NCBI GenBank assembly: GCA_050230475.1
Contig: JBFLGF010000037.1
Coordinates: 1 to 64,000, forward strand
DNA from: Ancylonema sp.
Lineage: Eukaryota
Reading direction: 5' to 3'
Length of the DNA: 64,000 nucleotides
Shown: positions 1 through 14,155 of the stretch, piece after piece
How the letters are laid out: every line of letters begins with the position of its first letter
Numbering within the stretch: the first letter of the stretch is position 1
Position numbers and translations under genes: made by a program
The notes under the pieces: generated by a model
What the model was told of the DNA's origin: nothing
Databases searched by the model: none
The model's input: the letters and a program-made list of their open reading frames with translations, nothing else

Positions 1-591
1 TCCTGGGGCGTGTTTCGTGGACATTTCTGACCTCTAGATTTGGTGGACCATTTTCTCACTCGTCGTGCTTCTCACTCGTGCAACTTCGAGACATGTGGTC
101 AAGATCAGCTTACTGTGAACTCCCAATAGATAACTACCATTTCTACCCCGATTGGGTGGGGATTGGATGTCGGTGGCAGAAACGCACGTGATCCCGTGAG
201 TTTTGAAGCGTCCGCAAGACGGCTTAGACGGTCGGACGAACGCGTCACTCAGTAGTGAACGAATGCCTGAAATCCGGGACTTGTGCTGGTGTGTTTCGCA
301 TCTTCAGCCAAATGTATTTCATCGTTACGAAGGGGGCAGGTGGGTAGTGAAGTTTCGTGAGTTATGTCCAGCCGTGCCCTTTGCCACCTCAGGAGAGTAT
401 CTACACTTGATCTCAGACATTGTCTTTGCCAATTGCCTCCGCTATACATGTCAGGATACACTGATCTGTTTTTCACGCAGACAACTGGCTGTACCTAATT
501 GGATTCGCCATTTCGAAAGTCCTTTTCTTTATTCCGGTTATCTCGTTCAAATTATCCGTCACCCAGTCATTTAAGCTTCAAACCACTCAAG

Positions 592-3500
592 ATGCCCCCG
601 CGTGCTGACGAGGCCGCCTCCTTTGTGGCTTCCCCCAACCGCGAAGGGGGGACGGCTGCCACGGAAGGGATGGATTCGGGTGAAAAGAGACTCGTCGAAC
701 TTGGGTACAAGCAGGTGGGCGGTCCTCATCCTAACATCCTGAAATCTTTCAATGTCTATTCGGAAAATGTTCAAAATAATGACACCTAATCCACGCACGA
801 TTCCATCTACGGGAACAAGGAGAGTGTACAGTGTACATCTGGTGCGACTGCAGATCCGGACACAAATTGTGAATTCCTGTCGTTTCCCTGCCAGACTGCG
901 CTCACGCCCCCATGTCCTCTTCCATTCCTCCTACTCTGTGAACATCTGAGATCGAGTAGAGTGTATCGACGGCTGCTCTTCTAGCTAGAAGACCGATCAA
1001 CCATTCAAGAGTCGCACGAGGTACCAATGGCCTTCTAGCAACCCCTCGTCACTGCACACCTGCCGCACAAACTCACGCACTCGCCTTTCTCTTCACTCAA
1101 TAATAAGAAACGGATCCGAACACCTATGACGGTGACAGGACACGTGACCCTGATCGTTGGATCGGACCAGCACGTGACGACAGCCACGTCACATGCCCTG
1201 ATCTTCTAGGGACGGATACGCCTGTGCTATAACTTGCCGTTCTCACGCCAGCGCTACTTACCGACATAGCAATACGTGGTTCAAAAAGGAAGGGAATGTG
1301 CAGCGCACCAGAAAACCGGGTTCACCAGATAACCGGATCCGGACCAGGGAATGAACATAGCAGAACCGAATCACCGATGTAAAAAGTCAGGCAAACATAA
1401 CTCGAAGTCACTCTAACCCCCGATCCCTCCTCCATACCAAAATTCAAAATTCATTACCACGACACCACTTCCTTCTTCTCCCCCACGATCCCAAGGAGAC
1501 ATCCCCCCCCCCCTCGTCCTCCGCCTCCCATAACCGCCCCTCCTTCCCCCCCCCCCCCCCCCAGGAGCTGAACCGCAAGGTGTCCTTCTGGGGCACGTTC
1601 GGTCTGTCCTTCAGCATTTTGTCGGTGCTGGTTGGTCCGAACACCCTGTACGGCGTCGGGTTCGCCAACGGGGGGCCTGTGGCGGTTATCTGGGGGTGGG
1701 CGGGGGTGTCTGTGATGACGACCATGGTGTGCCTGTCCATGTGCGAAATCGCCTCCGCCTATCCCACTGCCGGGGGACTGGTCAGTAGGCCATCTATATT
1801 TATTGGCGACTTATTGGTTGTAAACGATATTTGAATCGGTGGCGGAATTCCTCTTTGTAAGAAACCCTGGAATAAGACCTGGATAAGGATAACAATGTTT
1901 CTTCTAACGAATGTTCTAAATAGAAATCAGATTTTGAGCGAGATAACCGAGAAAACCAAAAAAAATACAAACGAAACATGCTTTCTGACATCGCATAGTT
2001 GCTTTTCAAAAGAAGTTTCTTATATCGGAGTTTGACTGCATAGTGCGGTTTCCCCCCCCCAGTACTTTTGGGCGGACCACCTCATCCCCGAGTCTCAGCG
2101 TCATTGGAAGCCCCTTGCCAGCTGGATCACAGGATGGTGCAACCTTATTGGACAGGTCAGCAATGGAGCCCCCGTCACATGCACCCACTATGCACATGCA
2201 TACAGGGGAAACACATGAACCATGACTCAGAGATGATACATAACCCCCCCTTCCCCATTGCCCCATAAACTCACCCTCCCGACAATTCAGTTTCGCAGTA
2301 GACTGAAACCTATCTAAATTAGCACTCTGCGAATGAATATTCTGGCAAATGGTGTAACATCAAAATATCCGCCCGATTCCGGCATGTCACCTAAAGTCTG
2401 TCTCTCTTTATCAACTTTATTTGGCCGTCCCCCCAATATTAATTCAGACGGGTTTCACTGCCCCCCCCCCCCCCAGATCACCGCAGCCGCCAGCGTCTTC
2501 TTCTCCACCGCCCAGCTTCTCCTCACCCTCATCACCATGGGCACGGGGGGCGCAAATGGGGGCGGATACATCCCAACCCCGGGGGTGCTCGTGGCAGTGG
2601 CGTTGGGTCTGTACACAATGAGCGGAATCGTGAACACCTTCTCCATCCAAGTGCAGGTACGCTCTCAACCCTCGGTATAGGCACCCTTTCGGTCGGCCAC
2701 ATTTTGGTGCCTTTATGGAGGGTGTGCCTTCACGTGGGGTAAAAATATTTAAGACTCATAGTTTATGAGCGAAATCTGGTGCCTTTCTAGAGGGTGTGCC
2801 AATATAGTGGGTGACTATACAGAGGGTTGACGATGCCATGTGAATCCCCTGGTAAACCATCGGATACAAATGACACCCCGAGTGCCCTCTCCATAGTACT
2901 CATATGGTTGCCCAAGGCTCAATCAGCCTGCAGCCCATGAGCTCTGGGCTGCATGAGTCCCTAGCCCACAAGGGATCTTTGTGCTCCGCCTCTGAGCCCA
3001 CAGCCAGACCCTGAGCCCAGGTCTAATCTCCGGACTCATTGCCTAGCGGGCCCTATCCTCTCCTCTCCTCAAACCGCCAGAGCTCCTTGAACATTTTCGC
3101 GGTGGGTTTGAACGTGGTGGTCGCTCTCTTCGTCATCGTCGCCATCCCTTCCATGGCAACCGCCACCCAACCGCCAGCATTTGTATTCACCAAATTCATC
3201 AACGGGTCCAATGGGGTGTCGAGCCCGGCCTACGTGTACCTCGTTGGTAAACACCATCACTCCTCAATATAGATCGAAAAATGGAGGAAGTTTTTTCCCT
3301 TTTTAATATTGTTTTTGTTACCATTATTATTATTATTAGTTTTTTTTTTTTTATCATTATTATTTTAAAGTTATTATAATCATATTAGTATAATTACATT
3401 TAATATTTTCATTGTATTGCAAATATAATTATTATTATTTTTACCATTAGTATTATCACTATTGTCATTTATTCTCAGTATAATGAGCAAATATATTATT

Positions 3501-5599
3501 ACTATTAATAATTCATTTTCATTAATCAATGAATGAAGAAAATTAGTTTTTGGAGTCACGTTGCCGGTACACCAGAGCCCAACCCCAACCCCAACCCCTC
3601 CCCGCCCCCACCCCCGCCCCCACCCCCAACCCCCAGGTCTCCTCATGGCCCAATATACCCTCTCCGGTTACGACGGTGCTTTCCACGTGGCGGAAGAGAC
3701 AAGGGGGGCGGATTGGAACACTCCTGTCAGCCTCATCCTGGCCCTCATTATAACGGAGATTCTGGGGTTCATCTACCTCATTGCCGTGACCTTCAGCATT
3801 CGTGACTATACGGACCTCTTCTCTTTAGACACGGTGACGGGGGGCGCATTTCCGGTGGCGCAAATCTTTTGGGATGTCTTCGAATCAAGGTGGAGGATAC
3901 TTAGAGCACTCCCTCACACCTCGGTGTAAACCATTTTGTTATGGAAAACGAGAAAATGTCATAAGAAACAATTATTAAGGTTTTTTTCTCGATATTTTTA
4001 CACACCACATGTGAGTAATGATAGAGACATTCGATACAATACCGGCTCTCATATACCGGAGTCCTCAGTGTTCAAACAATGCGTAGTTTGAGTCGGTTGT
4101 TTTTCAAAATACTTGTCCCATATAATTCCCATTCTGTCGTGAAAGAATGGAAAAAGGAAGGTGATGTACGAAGGGGATTAGGGGGTAGAAAGCATTGACT
4201 TTGCCACGCTACCTTATATACCGTTTTTACCGTTTTTATATTGCTTCAGGTTCAACCACGGCGGGGGGTCTATTATCGTTCTTTCTTGCGTGGCGACCGC
4301 GATTTGGTTGTGTGGACACTCCATACTCACCAGCAACGCACGCATGGTGAGAAATAAACCTAGAATGTGTGATCATTTTTTTTTATTTTTTATTTTAATC
4401 CAGAGTACTCCGAATTCGGGATCCATACGCACCCCCATCGTCATTCGAACTCTTTGAAATTGTCGTTTGTTTGCTAAACCGCATCCGAGCTCTCGTCCCC
4501 ATCCCATTCTTTACCTTACCATTCCCAACTCCCCCTCTCCATGTTCCCCCGTTTCCACCTTGTTCATCCACTTGCGCCCACCCTCCGACCTCCGACCCCC
4601 GCCCTCTGCCCTCCGCCCCCGCCCGTGTAGGTATACGCGTTCTCCCGGGATGGTGCCATCCCCGGTTCCGTTTTATGGCACAGAGTGGCCTCCAACAAGG
4701 TGCCCGTGTTCGCTGTATGGGGGAGTCTGCTGCTAGGCATGGCCTTCATCGTCCCCTACATTGGGTCTGTGGTTGCTTACAACGCGGTCTCCTCCATAGC
4801 CACCATCGCTCTCTATTTGGCGTATGGAATCCCAATCTTTCTCAGGTTCGCGCGTGGGACTTACCCGCCCCCCCTCCGTTTTTTTTTTTTGTTTTTTTTT
4901 TTTGTTTTGTTTTTGTTACGACGAACAAGAAACTCTGAAATTGTTGGGAAGGTTTGTGATATTGACATTACTCTTGATGAGGAGAAGACGAAGTCGGAGT
5001 GAAAGAGGAATAAAAGGCCAGTATGTTTTTTTTGGTACCGCAGGACTTTTGTAACCGGCAAACATTTTGTCCCGGGTCCATTCCACTTGGGCAAGTGGAG
5101 CTTCATCAATGGCTTCATTTCCATTTTGTGGATTCTATTTGTAAGAGACCCATCCATTCAAATCATCCTTCTCCTTTTCGTTCTTATGCTTTACTGGTTG
5201 CTATTACTCCGATGCAATATCTCGCACCGCAAAACTTTGGACCACAACTTCCAACGGCCATCTTCATTTTCTTGTTGAATGAGTTTGTGCATACCAAGAA
5301 GGTATTGTAAGAGCTCCATTCTATAGGGAGTTGATCGGTGTGAATCTCCGTTATTGTAATCAGAACTAACCGTTTTAAGTGATACCCACCGTTGCCGCCC
5401 ACCGTAGATAACGGCCATTTTTGTGATGCCCAACACCTACCCCGTTACAAGCACAAACTTGAATTATGCGGGGATCGCTCTTGGCGCGTGGCTTAGCCTC
5501 GTCATGATCTACTGGGCGGTGTCTGCCCAGTTCTGGTTCACTGGGCCAAGAAGCAACATGACGGTGGAGGAGAAGAAAGAGTTCTACAATTTGGCGTAG
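592..5599 (+). CDS. BAT1: Amino-acid/GABA permease, APC superfamily (ACT family, BAT1-like); ~10 exons (approx. 592-714, 1566-1780, 2063-2154, 2478-2657, 3082-3247, 3637-3889, 4250-4346, 4631-4845, 5044-5140, 5408-5599)
   Basis: Spliced translation gives family motifs: RLVELGYKQ|ELNR, GGPVAVIWGW, CEIASAYPTAGGL, QYTLSGYDGAFHVAEET, YAFSRDGAIP, SIATIALYLAYGIPIFLR, PGPFHLGKW and YPVTSTNLNYAG...WFTGP. Junctions are GT-AG. Confidence 0.92.
2660..2832. mobile_element. Degenerate Tc1/mariner(pogo)-type MITE in a permease intron
   Basis: Inverted ends TCAACCCTCGGTATAG ... CTATACAGAGGGTTGA, with internal GAGGGTGTGCC repeats shared with the element at 43839-44012. Confidence 0.55.
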
Positions 5600-6448
5600 T
5601 GGAGGGGTCAGGCCAAGGGCCAAGGGGTCGCACAAGGCCATATTTTGGATGCACCGCTGTGTAAAATATTCGATGTTGGCGGTTTTATATGAAATAAGAT
5701 GGTGGCCGGTTGGAGACAAGTGGTTTAGTTGATGTCTTGATGTTTATCCGTTTACAAGAACGACGGACAGGCGTTTTTCCGCTTACTACGTCAATGGCGA
5801 CCCGAGGTAGTAGATTTATAAGTGTTGTACGGAAAAGGCTTGTATGTAATTGTTTAGTTGAGTATATAATTTATTGTAGCGGGTTTTGTTTCTTGTGGTT
5901 GGTTAACAACTCTTGAGCTTAAGTGGATGTCTCACATTGACACATTGACTTCCATAATACAGCAACTCTAATTTGAGCAAGCACAGGTGGTTTGCTAGGA
6001 GTACACACTTACCAAAAACATCCGGGAGTACTAGAGAATTCCGGAACCGAGTATTCGCAATAGCGAATACTCGGTTCCGGTTTATGAGTATACATATTGG
6101 TTTTTCAGCACCGATAGAAATGTATCGATATAAGACATCATGTCAGCCAATCAAAATCATTGATCGACGTTTTGACATTAGTTGCGAGAAACTATTAGAA
6201 TGCAATAACGCACACAAAGTGGTGACCTCGTGATAATAAGCCCGTCCTCATTGAACGCTAAATCTACATTAGTGGCAAATACTCGAAACTACGATTCTTG
6301 AATAAACAACGCCAATCTCGTGAGTTGGGGCAAGTTTTCGTTTTTGTTGTAATCTGCATCGTCAAGGGGGGGTATGGTCGGTCATGAGGGTGTTATGTTG
6401 GTGAATGCGTTACGCCGTCCAATGATTGTCTTGATTTTGCAATGAAAT

Positions 6449-6807
6449 CATAGTCCCCCGAACCGACAAATTCAAATTTTGGAACCGAGGTCCGCCACGG
6501 TCCGAGATGCGGACCGGGACCGGGGCAAGTTCTTGTTTTTTTTTTTTGATTTTTTTGGTGGGCATTTTTTCAAAAGCGGGCGATTCTAGGCAATACATGT
6601 GTTTGGTATTATTGTACCATGCTGGAGACCCACTTATTCACGAAAGAAATGTGTTTGTAGTTATTTCTCCATGGAGAACCTCTCAAAACCCCAAAAAAAA
6701 ACAGAGAGTACCCTTCTAATGCTGGTCCGAGGTTTTGGCCTCGAACGACGGGCTCCTATCCGAGATGCGGACATCACATGCCGGTTCCGAAGGCTCGTGC
6801 AACTATG
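6449..6807. mobile_element. Non-autonomous TIR element (CATAG.../...GTGCAACTATG family)
   Basis: Ends CATAGT and GTGCAACTATG; flanks AATGAAAT/CATGAAAC (6/8 match). Internal GCTGGTCCGAGGTTTTGGCCTCGAA matches the reverse complement of sequence near 23762-23787. Confidence 0.55.
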
Positions 6808-9800
6808 CATGAAACCAGTGCGTATATTTATTTGCATATCTTTCGAAAACGCTCGCAAAATCATTGTCGGGTCCAGGACTACATGGTCATGGTCGCTTTG
6901 GTCCCGGACGGTAGTGACCCCGACCAGGGTTGCACAATACGCACAATACGCTCGAATTGTGATACAATCTTCGATTCGGCCAAAAGCATACATGGTTTCA
7001 TCGTTCATCCTCATCCAACAGACAAGTCAAGGCCCAAATACAGTTGACGGTTTTGTGGGAATGATGAAACCTAGTGCTCCATTTGACGGCCACGGCTTGA
7101 CTATCATCCCGAGTACGTAATGTGCGTCGGGGGAAAAGGTTATATTGATTTATGTTATCCTATTGACAAATGGATGCATATTCTTTGGAAAGTACTAGTG
7201 CTACATTAGTTTGTTACGACGCAGTCGAGTGAGAGGCCTAGGAGGGATGTTAAAGGTGACGTGACAGTTAGTTATAATTAGTAGGATGCTTGTAACAATT
7301 GTTGAGAAAAATAGAGTCATCAAATGTGCATTTAATGTTCGGATTAGCATTTTGTAAGTACAATTAGACCGACAAATTCAATAATATATGAACGGGATTG
7401 GTCGTTACCTATCCCGCATTGCAAATGAATGAAGACGCAACATTTCATGGAATTTATGAATTCTACTACATCAAATTGAAAAAGTCGTGAAGAATATCAA
7501 TGTTGTCGAATGACTTGTCCAAAATAGTTTAGTATCCTTGACAGGACTTCATAATAGCTGTCGGATGATATTTGTTGGGTTTCTATGTGCGGTTTTTATG
7601 AGCTTGGTATGATTAAGCATGTCGGTAAATTCCAAAAGTTGGTGTTTTACTCATCTAAACATTCTATTCTTGCATTTAACAACTTGTATTTTGTTTTGTT
7701 GATCTCATCATGTGTATTATGGAAACGATAAACAAATATTTATCGCACAGTATCGTTCCTCGATTACACAACGGCTGTTTTTTTTGGCCTTCATTGTTTG
7801 CAGTTGCATTCACTTGACTTGCTTGCTCACACTATTTTCCAAGAAGTCTAGGACAGTGCAACATTTGTCAACTAGCCGTCGTTTCAAGTAGCAATCAAAT
7901 CCATATCACCGAAATCTTGTCAAAATATATTCATTACGGCGATATTTAGTCGAAGTTGAGACTCTAACAACAAATCTACTTCATTTTGGTAGTGGAAGTA
8001 AACGAGTACTCTAAAGCTCATCCCACATCAGTTTGGCCGATATCATCAATACACGTGCTTATACCGCGTGGCCTCAAAATATAAATATTTATGGATAAAA
8101 ATATTGAGTCCTCGCCGATTACCATCTATGCTTCTAGATTACCATTCGACTAGTGAACGAAAAACGCAAGTAAGAATTGTCATGGAGTATTTGGAGTTTT
8201 GGGGGGGGGGGGATGCGGATGTCAATATTAACTTTTGTAGACGTGTTTACTGAAATTTAAAGTTTCGGTAAGATTGAAGATGGTTGAAGATGGTATTTGG
8301 CAAGACAATGTGATGGTGAGGTGAAGATGCAGCGATTCACTTATTAGAGGTGGTTTGTGCTTGAACCGCAACCGTGTTCTCTTTCGAATCCAACAACACA
8401 AGGTAGCTATGGACGTGTACGAACATTTGTCGTTTCTCGCAACCCGTCATATGTCGCACGCATTATGTCTTCGGTCGGCGTCTAGGAGGTAAGTAAATAG
8501 TTACTCAATATGTGTTCGCTGAGGATTTTAGTGCGTAATAAAAAGCTAGCTAACTAAATACTTATGAAAGAATCTGTCGAGATCCAAAGAGTTGCCGTAG
8601 ACTCTATCCAATTTGAGCTTCTCCAATGAGAGCGCAAGCCCATTTTGTACACGATAAATTTTTAGAAGTAAAAAAATTACACAAAATTGAATTTGATTTT
8701 TCTTTAATCGAATGCAAAAACAATGACATTTTGGAAGTAACAATTTGAAAACAGAAAGTCCATCATGATATGAGAAATTCGTAAGCGGATCGAAACCAGA
8801 TAGTTTAAACATGTTAGGCACGGCGTTTTATTATACTTGAGGCGTGAAATGTAAGTAAATCAAATTATTAGGAGACACTCAAGCATATTCGTGGTTCACA
8901 TTAACGATAGGCCATTTATGATCGCCGATTCGTCGATGTTATCACGGGATTCGGGAAGATTAAATATGTAGCACAATCAATCGAGCTATTCGAAATACGT
9001 GCTCGACGAGTTCTTACTCTCAAATTGGGTTCTTATTCTTTATACACCTATCCGGATGATTCATACTTTGTACATCGGGGACTACGTCGGCCCTTCACGG
9101 CACTCATGCGTCCAATGTATGACGAGTCGCAATGCGAGTCGCAACTCATCATTATACCGGAAATGGAACGGATACAATAATGACTTACAAATTATTTTAG
9201 TTCCATTCTTCTAAAAATGATCCCCATGAAATCGGAAAATACAAAATTCAAACGTTGTTCGCAAGCGATTGCAAACCGTCCATATGACACAAATTTCAGT
9301 GAGATACCAAAAATGAAATGGCGGATTTGGACCCGGCTGGTATAAGAAAATAGAAAACAAGGGGGAAAATGAAAGTTAACAAGGAAAGAAACATTGGTGG
9401 AATACAAAAGAAACCTATGGAACGAAAAAAGTTGGTACTTCAGTTGTAAATGCAAAAAAAACATAAGAAATACACAATTGTCGTATATTATGCCGTTTAT
9501 CTAACACCAGGAAACATGTACGGACGTTTGGAAAACATCCGTACATTTCACGGTCGTGTGGCAAAAGTCCAACCATTTGTACCGACCTTTGGCACACGTC
9601 CAACTGGCCGTCCGTACAAAAGTGTAGTGTTGGCAACGTGGTCAAAAGGTGGCGTTCCGCCGTTTGAAATGGCGGTGTTTACCCGCTCGCGTTTGTGTGC
9701 AACTTTGCTTACCGCGGGCTAAACGCCAGTACCTTGATCAGATTCAATACATAGTTAAATAGATTGCAAACATATCTGATTGCGAAAAGTCCATACTCAT

Positions 9801-11796
9801 TCACTTAATCGCATCGCAAGCCTTTTATATCGTTTCGCTAGTTTGTATCCTGCAACTATCGAATTGTTGGCATGCACGCAATAAATGGTTATTTTTGTTG
9901 TTTGTTTCATGAAAAACCCACTTTTAATATTGAAAGTGGGTTTCTCATGAAAAAAATAACAGAAGTAGTACAATTCTTGTACGGGATGTAAATGAGACTG
10001 TCCATATACGTACGTAATTCGTAAAAATATGGAAGTATGTTAATTCACACATTCGCGAGACGGAAAACATATATATCAACACATCGAAGAGGTTCGATGA
10101 TGAAATCCGCCCGACGTCGGGAGTATTTTTAGATCATCAGATTAGACAGAGTACTAATTCAGACATTATTCAATTTTAATGAATCGTGGAAATTCTTCGT
10201 CTTAACCCGGTCAGCATCCACACCACCTTCTTTCACAATCGCAAAAAAAGTATCCGATTTTTTTTTGTTTTGACGATACTGACCGGTTGTCAAGTTATTT
10301 GAAAGTGAATTTCGATACAACTTCGCTACTGCGGATAAACTCGGAGTCCTGAAAACAATAAAAAGGAAGGAATAATAATAATACGAAGGAGACGACGAGT
10401 TGCTGATATCGCATGAACATGACGTCACAAGTCTCCTCTGGGAAGCATCACACGGGGAATCAAATCTGGCACATACGGTTTTGGCCATCTTGGAAATCAG
10501 GCCATAGAACTACGGACAGATACATCAAGAGTATCGAAACCATATACGACAATTATAATCCAAAAAAACAGGAAGAACCTCGCAGATTCTGCCAGAAATG
10601 TGAACATCGGCTAACATTATGAATCTCGGTAGACGTGTCGTATGGGACAATGCCAAATTGTCAAGTGACTGCTCGTTCAACTTTCTCACGCAGCACGTGC
10701 GAAAACTGCCTCGCGTCGCAAGTAACGTGTATCGTTGTTGAAGGAAGGTAGTCGTATCGAAGGCTGCGAAAAAACGCTTTCTCCTCTCCTGGTCACTACA
10801 GGTGAGAAATCCTAGACCTCAAGTTTCTGCGGTAGATCAGAAGTATACAACATCGCCTCGTGCTTTGAAGCGTCATATGGATATCTTCAGTTGCACGTGA
10901 CGATTCGCCACTTCATCGACACTGCATCATACACCACAATTGTAAGTGAGCAGCGGAATACACAGGATGCCAATTTCAAGCTCACACGGCGTTGTTTCGA
11001 CAAGTAGCAATCTGACGTGTATACTATATGGAATGCTGTACAGGGGATCGCTTGTCTGCCTATGAAGGCCTAATAGAGCGCTGGAAGTTTGATGAACCCC
11101 CTTTCGTCAACACGACCATAGTTAGGACAAGCTGTCACGATAACATCTAAAATAAGTTGAACACTGAATGAGTCAGGCCAATGAGGTGGTTCTCGCGTAC
11201 ATGAGTGCACGAAGTACTCATTCTGGGAGATGTTTACTACAGGCCAGCGTGTTGGTGACTAATATGTACCTACCTGAATACAGAAATGGATATTATGCAA
11301 TTCTACTCGAGAAATAAGGTTAGAAGTTCCCAAGACCTGCTTCGGGCAGCAAATATATGGCCAGGCAAAATCTAACTGTATTTACCATATTTTCCTAGTG
11401 AAGAGGTTGATATTGTACAGTAAGCAAGCAGGATGAAGGTTTTTTCCAGATTTATTTTCCAAATTATTTATTTACAGACACTAAGAGTTTTTCCACTCAC
11501 TCATTGATGCACCAATACTCGATACCGAAATATTCATGATGCAAACTTTACAATCGATAAATTTGCGATGGCTGCCTTATAATACATAAGTTACGGTCGA
11601 CAACGATGGGGAACACTTCTGACAAATGACCAATCCAATCAATTTCAGCCTCTGAACTAGCCATCCGTTGATTCAAATATTTTGGTTCGATTCAGGTATC
11701 CAACCTCTTGAATATGATCGGCTGAACGAACGTCTTTCGATCCGAAAGTGTGCCACGTCGAAAGCACGATATCTTCACCTCCAAGATCGACAAGTG

Positions 11797-12801
11797 ATGT
11801 CCCGAAGACGTGACGATACAGATAGCGGTGAGCTTAGAAGAAGCACAAGAAGACGAGTAGAACAAACAGATCGGGAACAACGATGTCTTCAATGTACAGT
11901 GCCAGCTACTAGGGAGGAGGATGCCCTCGTTCAGCGAACTCCAAGAAGACAACTGTTTCCCCCGCATGGAGGTAGAGACGAGGACGGGCAGGTGGGGTGG
12001 AGGGTATCAGATCAGGGTAGAAACGAGAGGAGATATGACGGTGGAGCATCAGTAGCACAAGCACAGAATCAAGTCCAAGAGCAGCAGGTTCAGAATCGAT
12101 TTCAAGTTCAGAGTCAAGTTCAGATTCAAGTCCAGGAGCACCAAGGTCAAAACGATTTGTTACCGTACGGTCAGATATTACTTGCTGCTCGAGAACTCTC
12201 GCGAGCCCCACGAGCCCCACGAGGAGACGAGCCCAACGCGTATCCGCCTCACGATGGAGTGGAAGCTGCATTGCGAGTATCTTTAGGAGGACAACCCCCC
12301 CTACACAGGCAAATTCCGGTGCAGGCGCTACCGAGTTCATTTGACAGATATTTAGGTCCAATTGGGTCGCAGTTCGGTACAATGGAGATTAATTATCTAC
12401 GGCTTAGCATAGCGGAGCTGGTTAGACAACAGCTGGAGCTCCGTCTCCGCATGGGACAAGAGCAGCAACTCCTCCAAGTTATAAACACGATACAACACGC
12501 TCACAGGGATAGCCAGGAAGACATAGTCAACCAGATCTTGCGCCACTTCCTAGGCGCTAACGGCGCCCCGTTCGTAGAAAACGCCCAACCTCAACCAGAA
12601 AATCCACGTGTACCTACTGTGCCTCCAAATCATCGCGCTTACCCCCACCCCGCATCTCCACTCCCTAGTCCCCAACGTCGGGAGAGGGCTCAAATACAGC
12701 CATCCGTGGTGACCTCTCTAGGCGATGTGCTATCGACGCATGTGTTCGCGGCGTCTCCGAACAACGAGGGTTACCTCGTAGGCAAGCATCATGGGCCTTG
12801 A
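11797..12801 (+). CDS. Hypothetical intronless protein, ~334 aa, Arg/Gln/Pro-rich with a possible coiled coil; unknown function, possibly transposon-derived
   Basis: Longest ORF in the window (open from 11668, first ATG at 11797). Visibly more GC-rich than its AT-rich flanks. No domain recognised. Confidence 0.5.
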   Translation: MSRRRDDTDSGELRRSTRRRVEQTDREQRCLQCTVPATREEDALVQRTPRRQLFPPHGGRDEDGQVGWRVSDQGRNERRYDGGASVAQAQNQVQEQQVQNRFQVQSQVQIQVQEHQGQNDLLPYGQILLAARELSRAPRAPRGDEPNAYPPHDGVEAALRVSLGGQPPLHRQIPVQALPSSFDRYLGPIGSQFGTMEINYLRLSIAELVRQQLELRLRMGQEQQLLQVINTIQHAHRDSQEDIVNQILRHFLGANGAPFVENAQPQPENPRVPTVPPNHRAYPHPASPLPSPQRRERAQIQPSVVTSLGDVLSTHVFAASPNNEGYLVGKHHGP

Positions 12802-14155
12802 ATATTGTGGACCAAGAATGGGGGTGGTATGTGTAGTCATACTCATGCTTTAAGGCTTGTGCTTCATTTAGTTACATATGGCGACGTTGTTGGTACTGAT
12901 GCCACATATGTATATTCTTTTAAATATTTTTTTGAAGATTGAATGCTTTGCTTTACATTGAATGCTTTGTGACGGCTTGAATATGGAATTTAAATAGACT
13001 TCAAATGATGATAAACTTCCGATGTTTTTACAAAAAAAAAAAAAATGTATCGATGAAGGTTCAAAGTATAATTTGAGCATCTCTGTACATCTTACACAGT
13101 GGAGATTACACGCAGGACACCGCGAAGGAACCTATCCCGAAAGAGGTGGTGATCAATCCGAGACAATCGACATGTTGCAATCTTTGGAACGGAACCAAAG
13201 GGGACGGGGTTCGTTACCTCCTTGTAGCGATGTAGACGATACAGATCTCAGGCTGTGATACATTACAAGTAGGAGATACGATAACAATTTGTTGCTAGAT
13301 TTCTTAAGCCACCAATTTTGTCGATTTTTTGATCGATAAAATGATGATAGATGTAGGTATTACCAAGTCGTCGAAAGCTATTGTCTCAATTCGACTACGT
13401 AGGCATCGATCAAAAAAATCATATATTTTTGTAACAAGTTGTTGCGTCGTATTGGTTTTTAAGATGTTGTTAAGTCAAACACGTCATTTAGTATTATTGT
13501 AGCTTGGCATTCCCTTTCCGATACGTATTTCCGTTTCTTTCCGTTATTCATTCTTAGCTGACCAATGCATCGTTTCATTTTTTTAATGTTTAGTGTTACA
13601 CGAAGCAAATCCAAATACAAATAAAAAAGAAGCAGATCCATGTATTGAGGGGCTTCATATAGTTTCTATCTTAGGGAAATAACTTTGTCCGCCAATTTTA
13701 ACGAATACCCCTTTTTGATAACACCATCTAATGTGGAAGAATTGTGTTGTATGTACATGTTGTACGCTTTTAACAATTAATTGTTTATGTCTTGCGCATG
13801 CAATTGCGGAATTAATGTGCGATTACTTGTATGCTATCCCAGAGTATCTCATGCTCCCGAACACCGATAATATGAGATAAAGGTAACCTTGACGATAGTG
13901 GGCCACGATCTTCAACACATGTTCGGTTCATTGCAAATAAATCCTTCGAAGAAGAAAAAAACTTGCCAACATGATTATACTATTTTGAAACAAATCCGGA
14001 GGGGAGGGGGGTTCGGCAAGGTGGACAATGCAACGCATAGCATCTTGAAAGTTGGTTTAAGACTAACACATAAGTTTGAAGATAGTCCGGCGAGAATTCT
14101 TGAGTTGACTACGCGCATACTCATGGTGAAGAGAGTAAGCTGAGTTTACCTCCTA

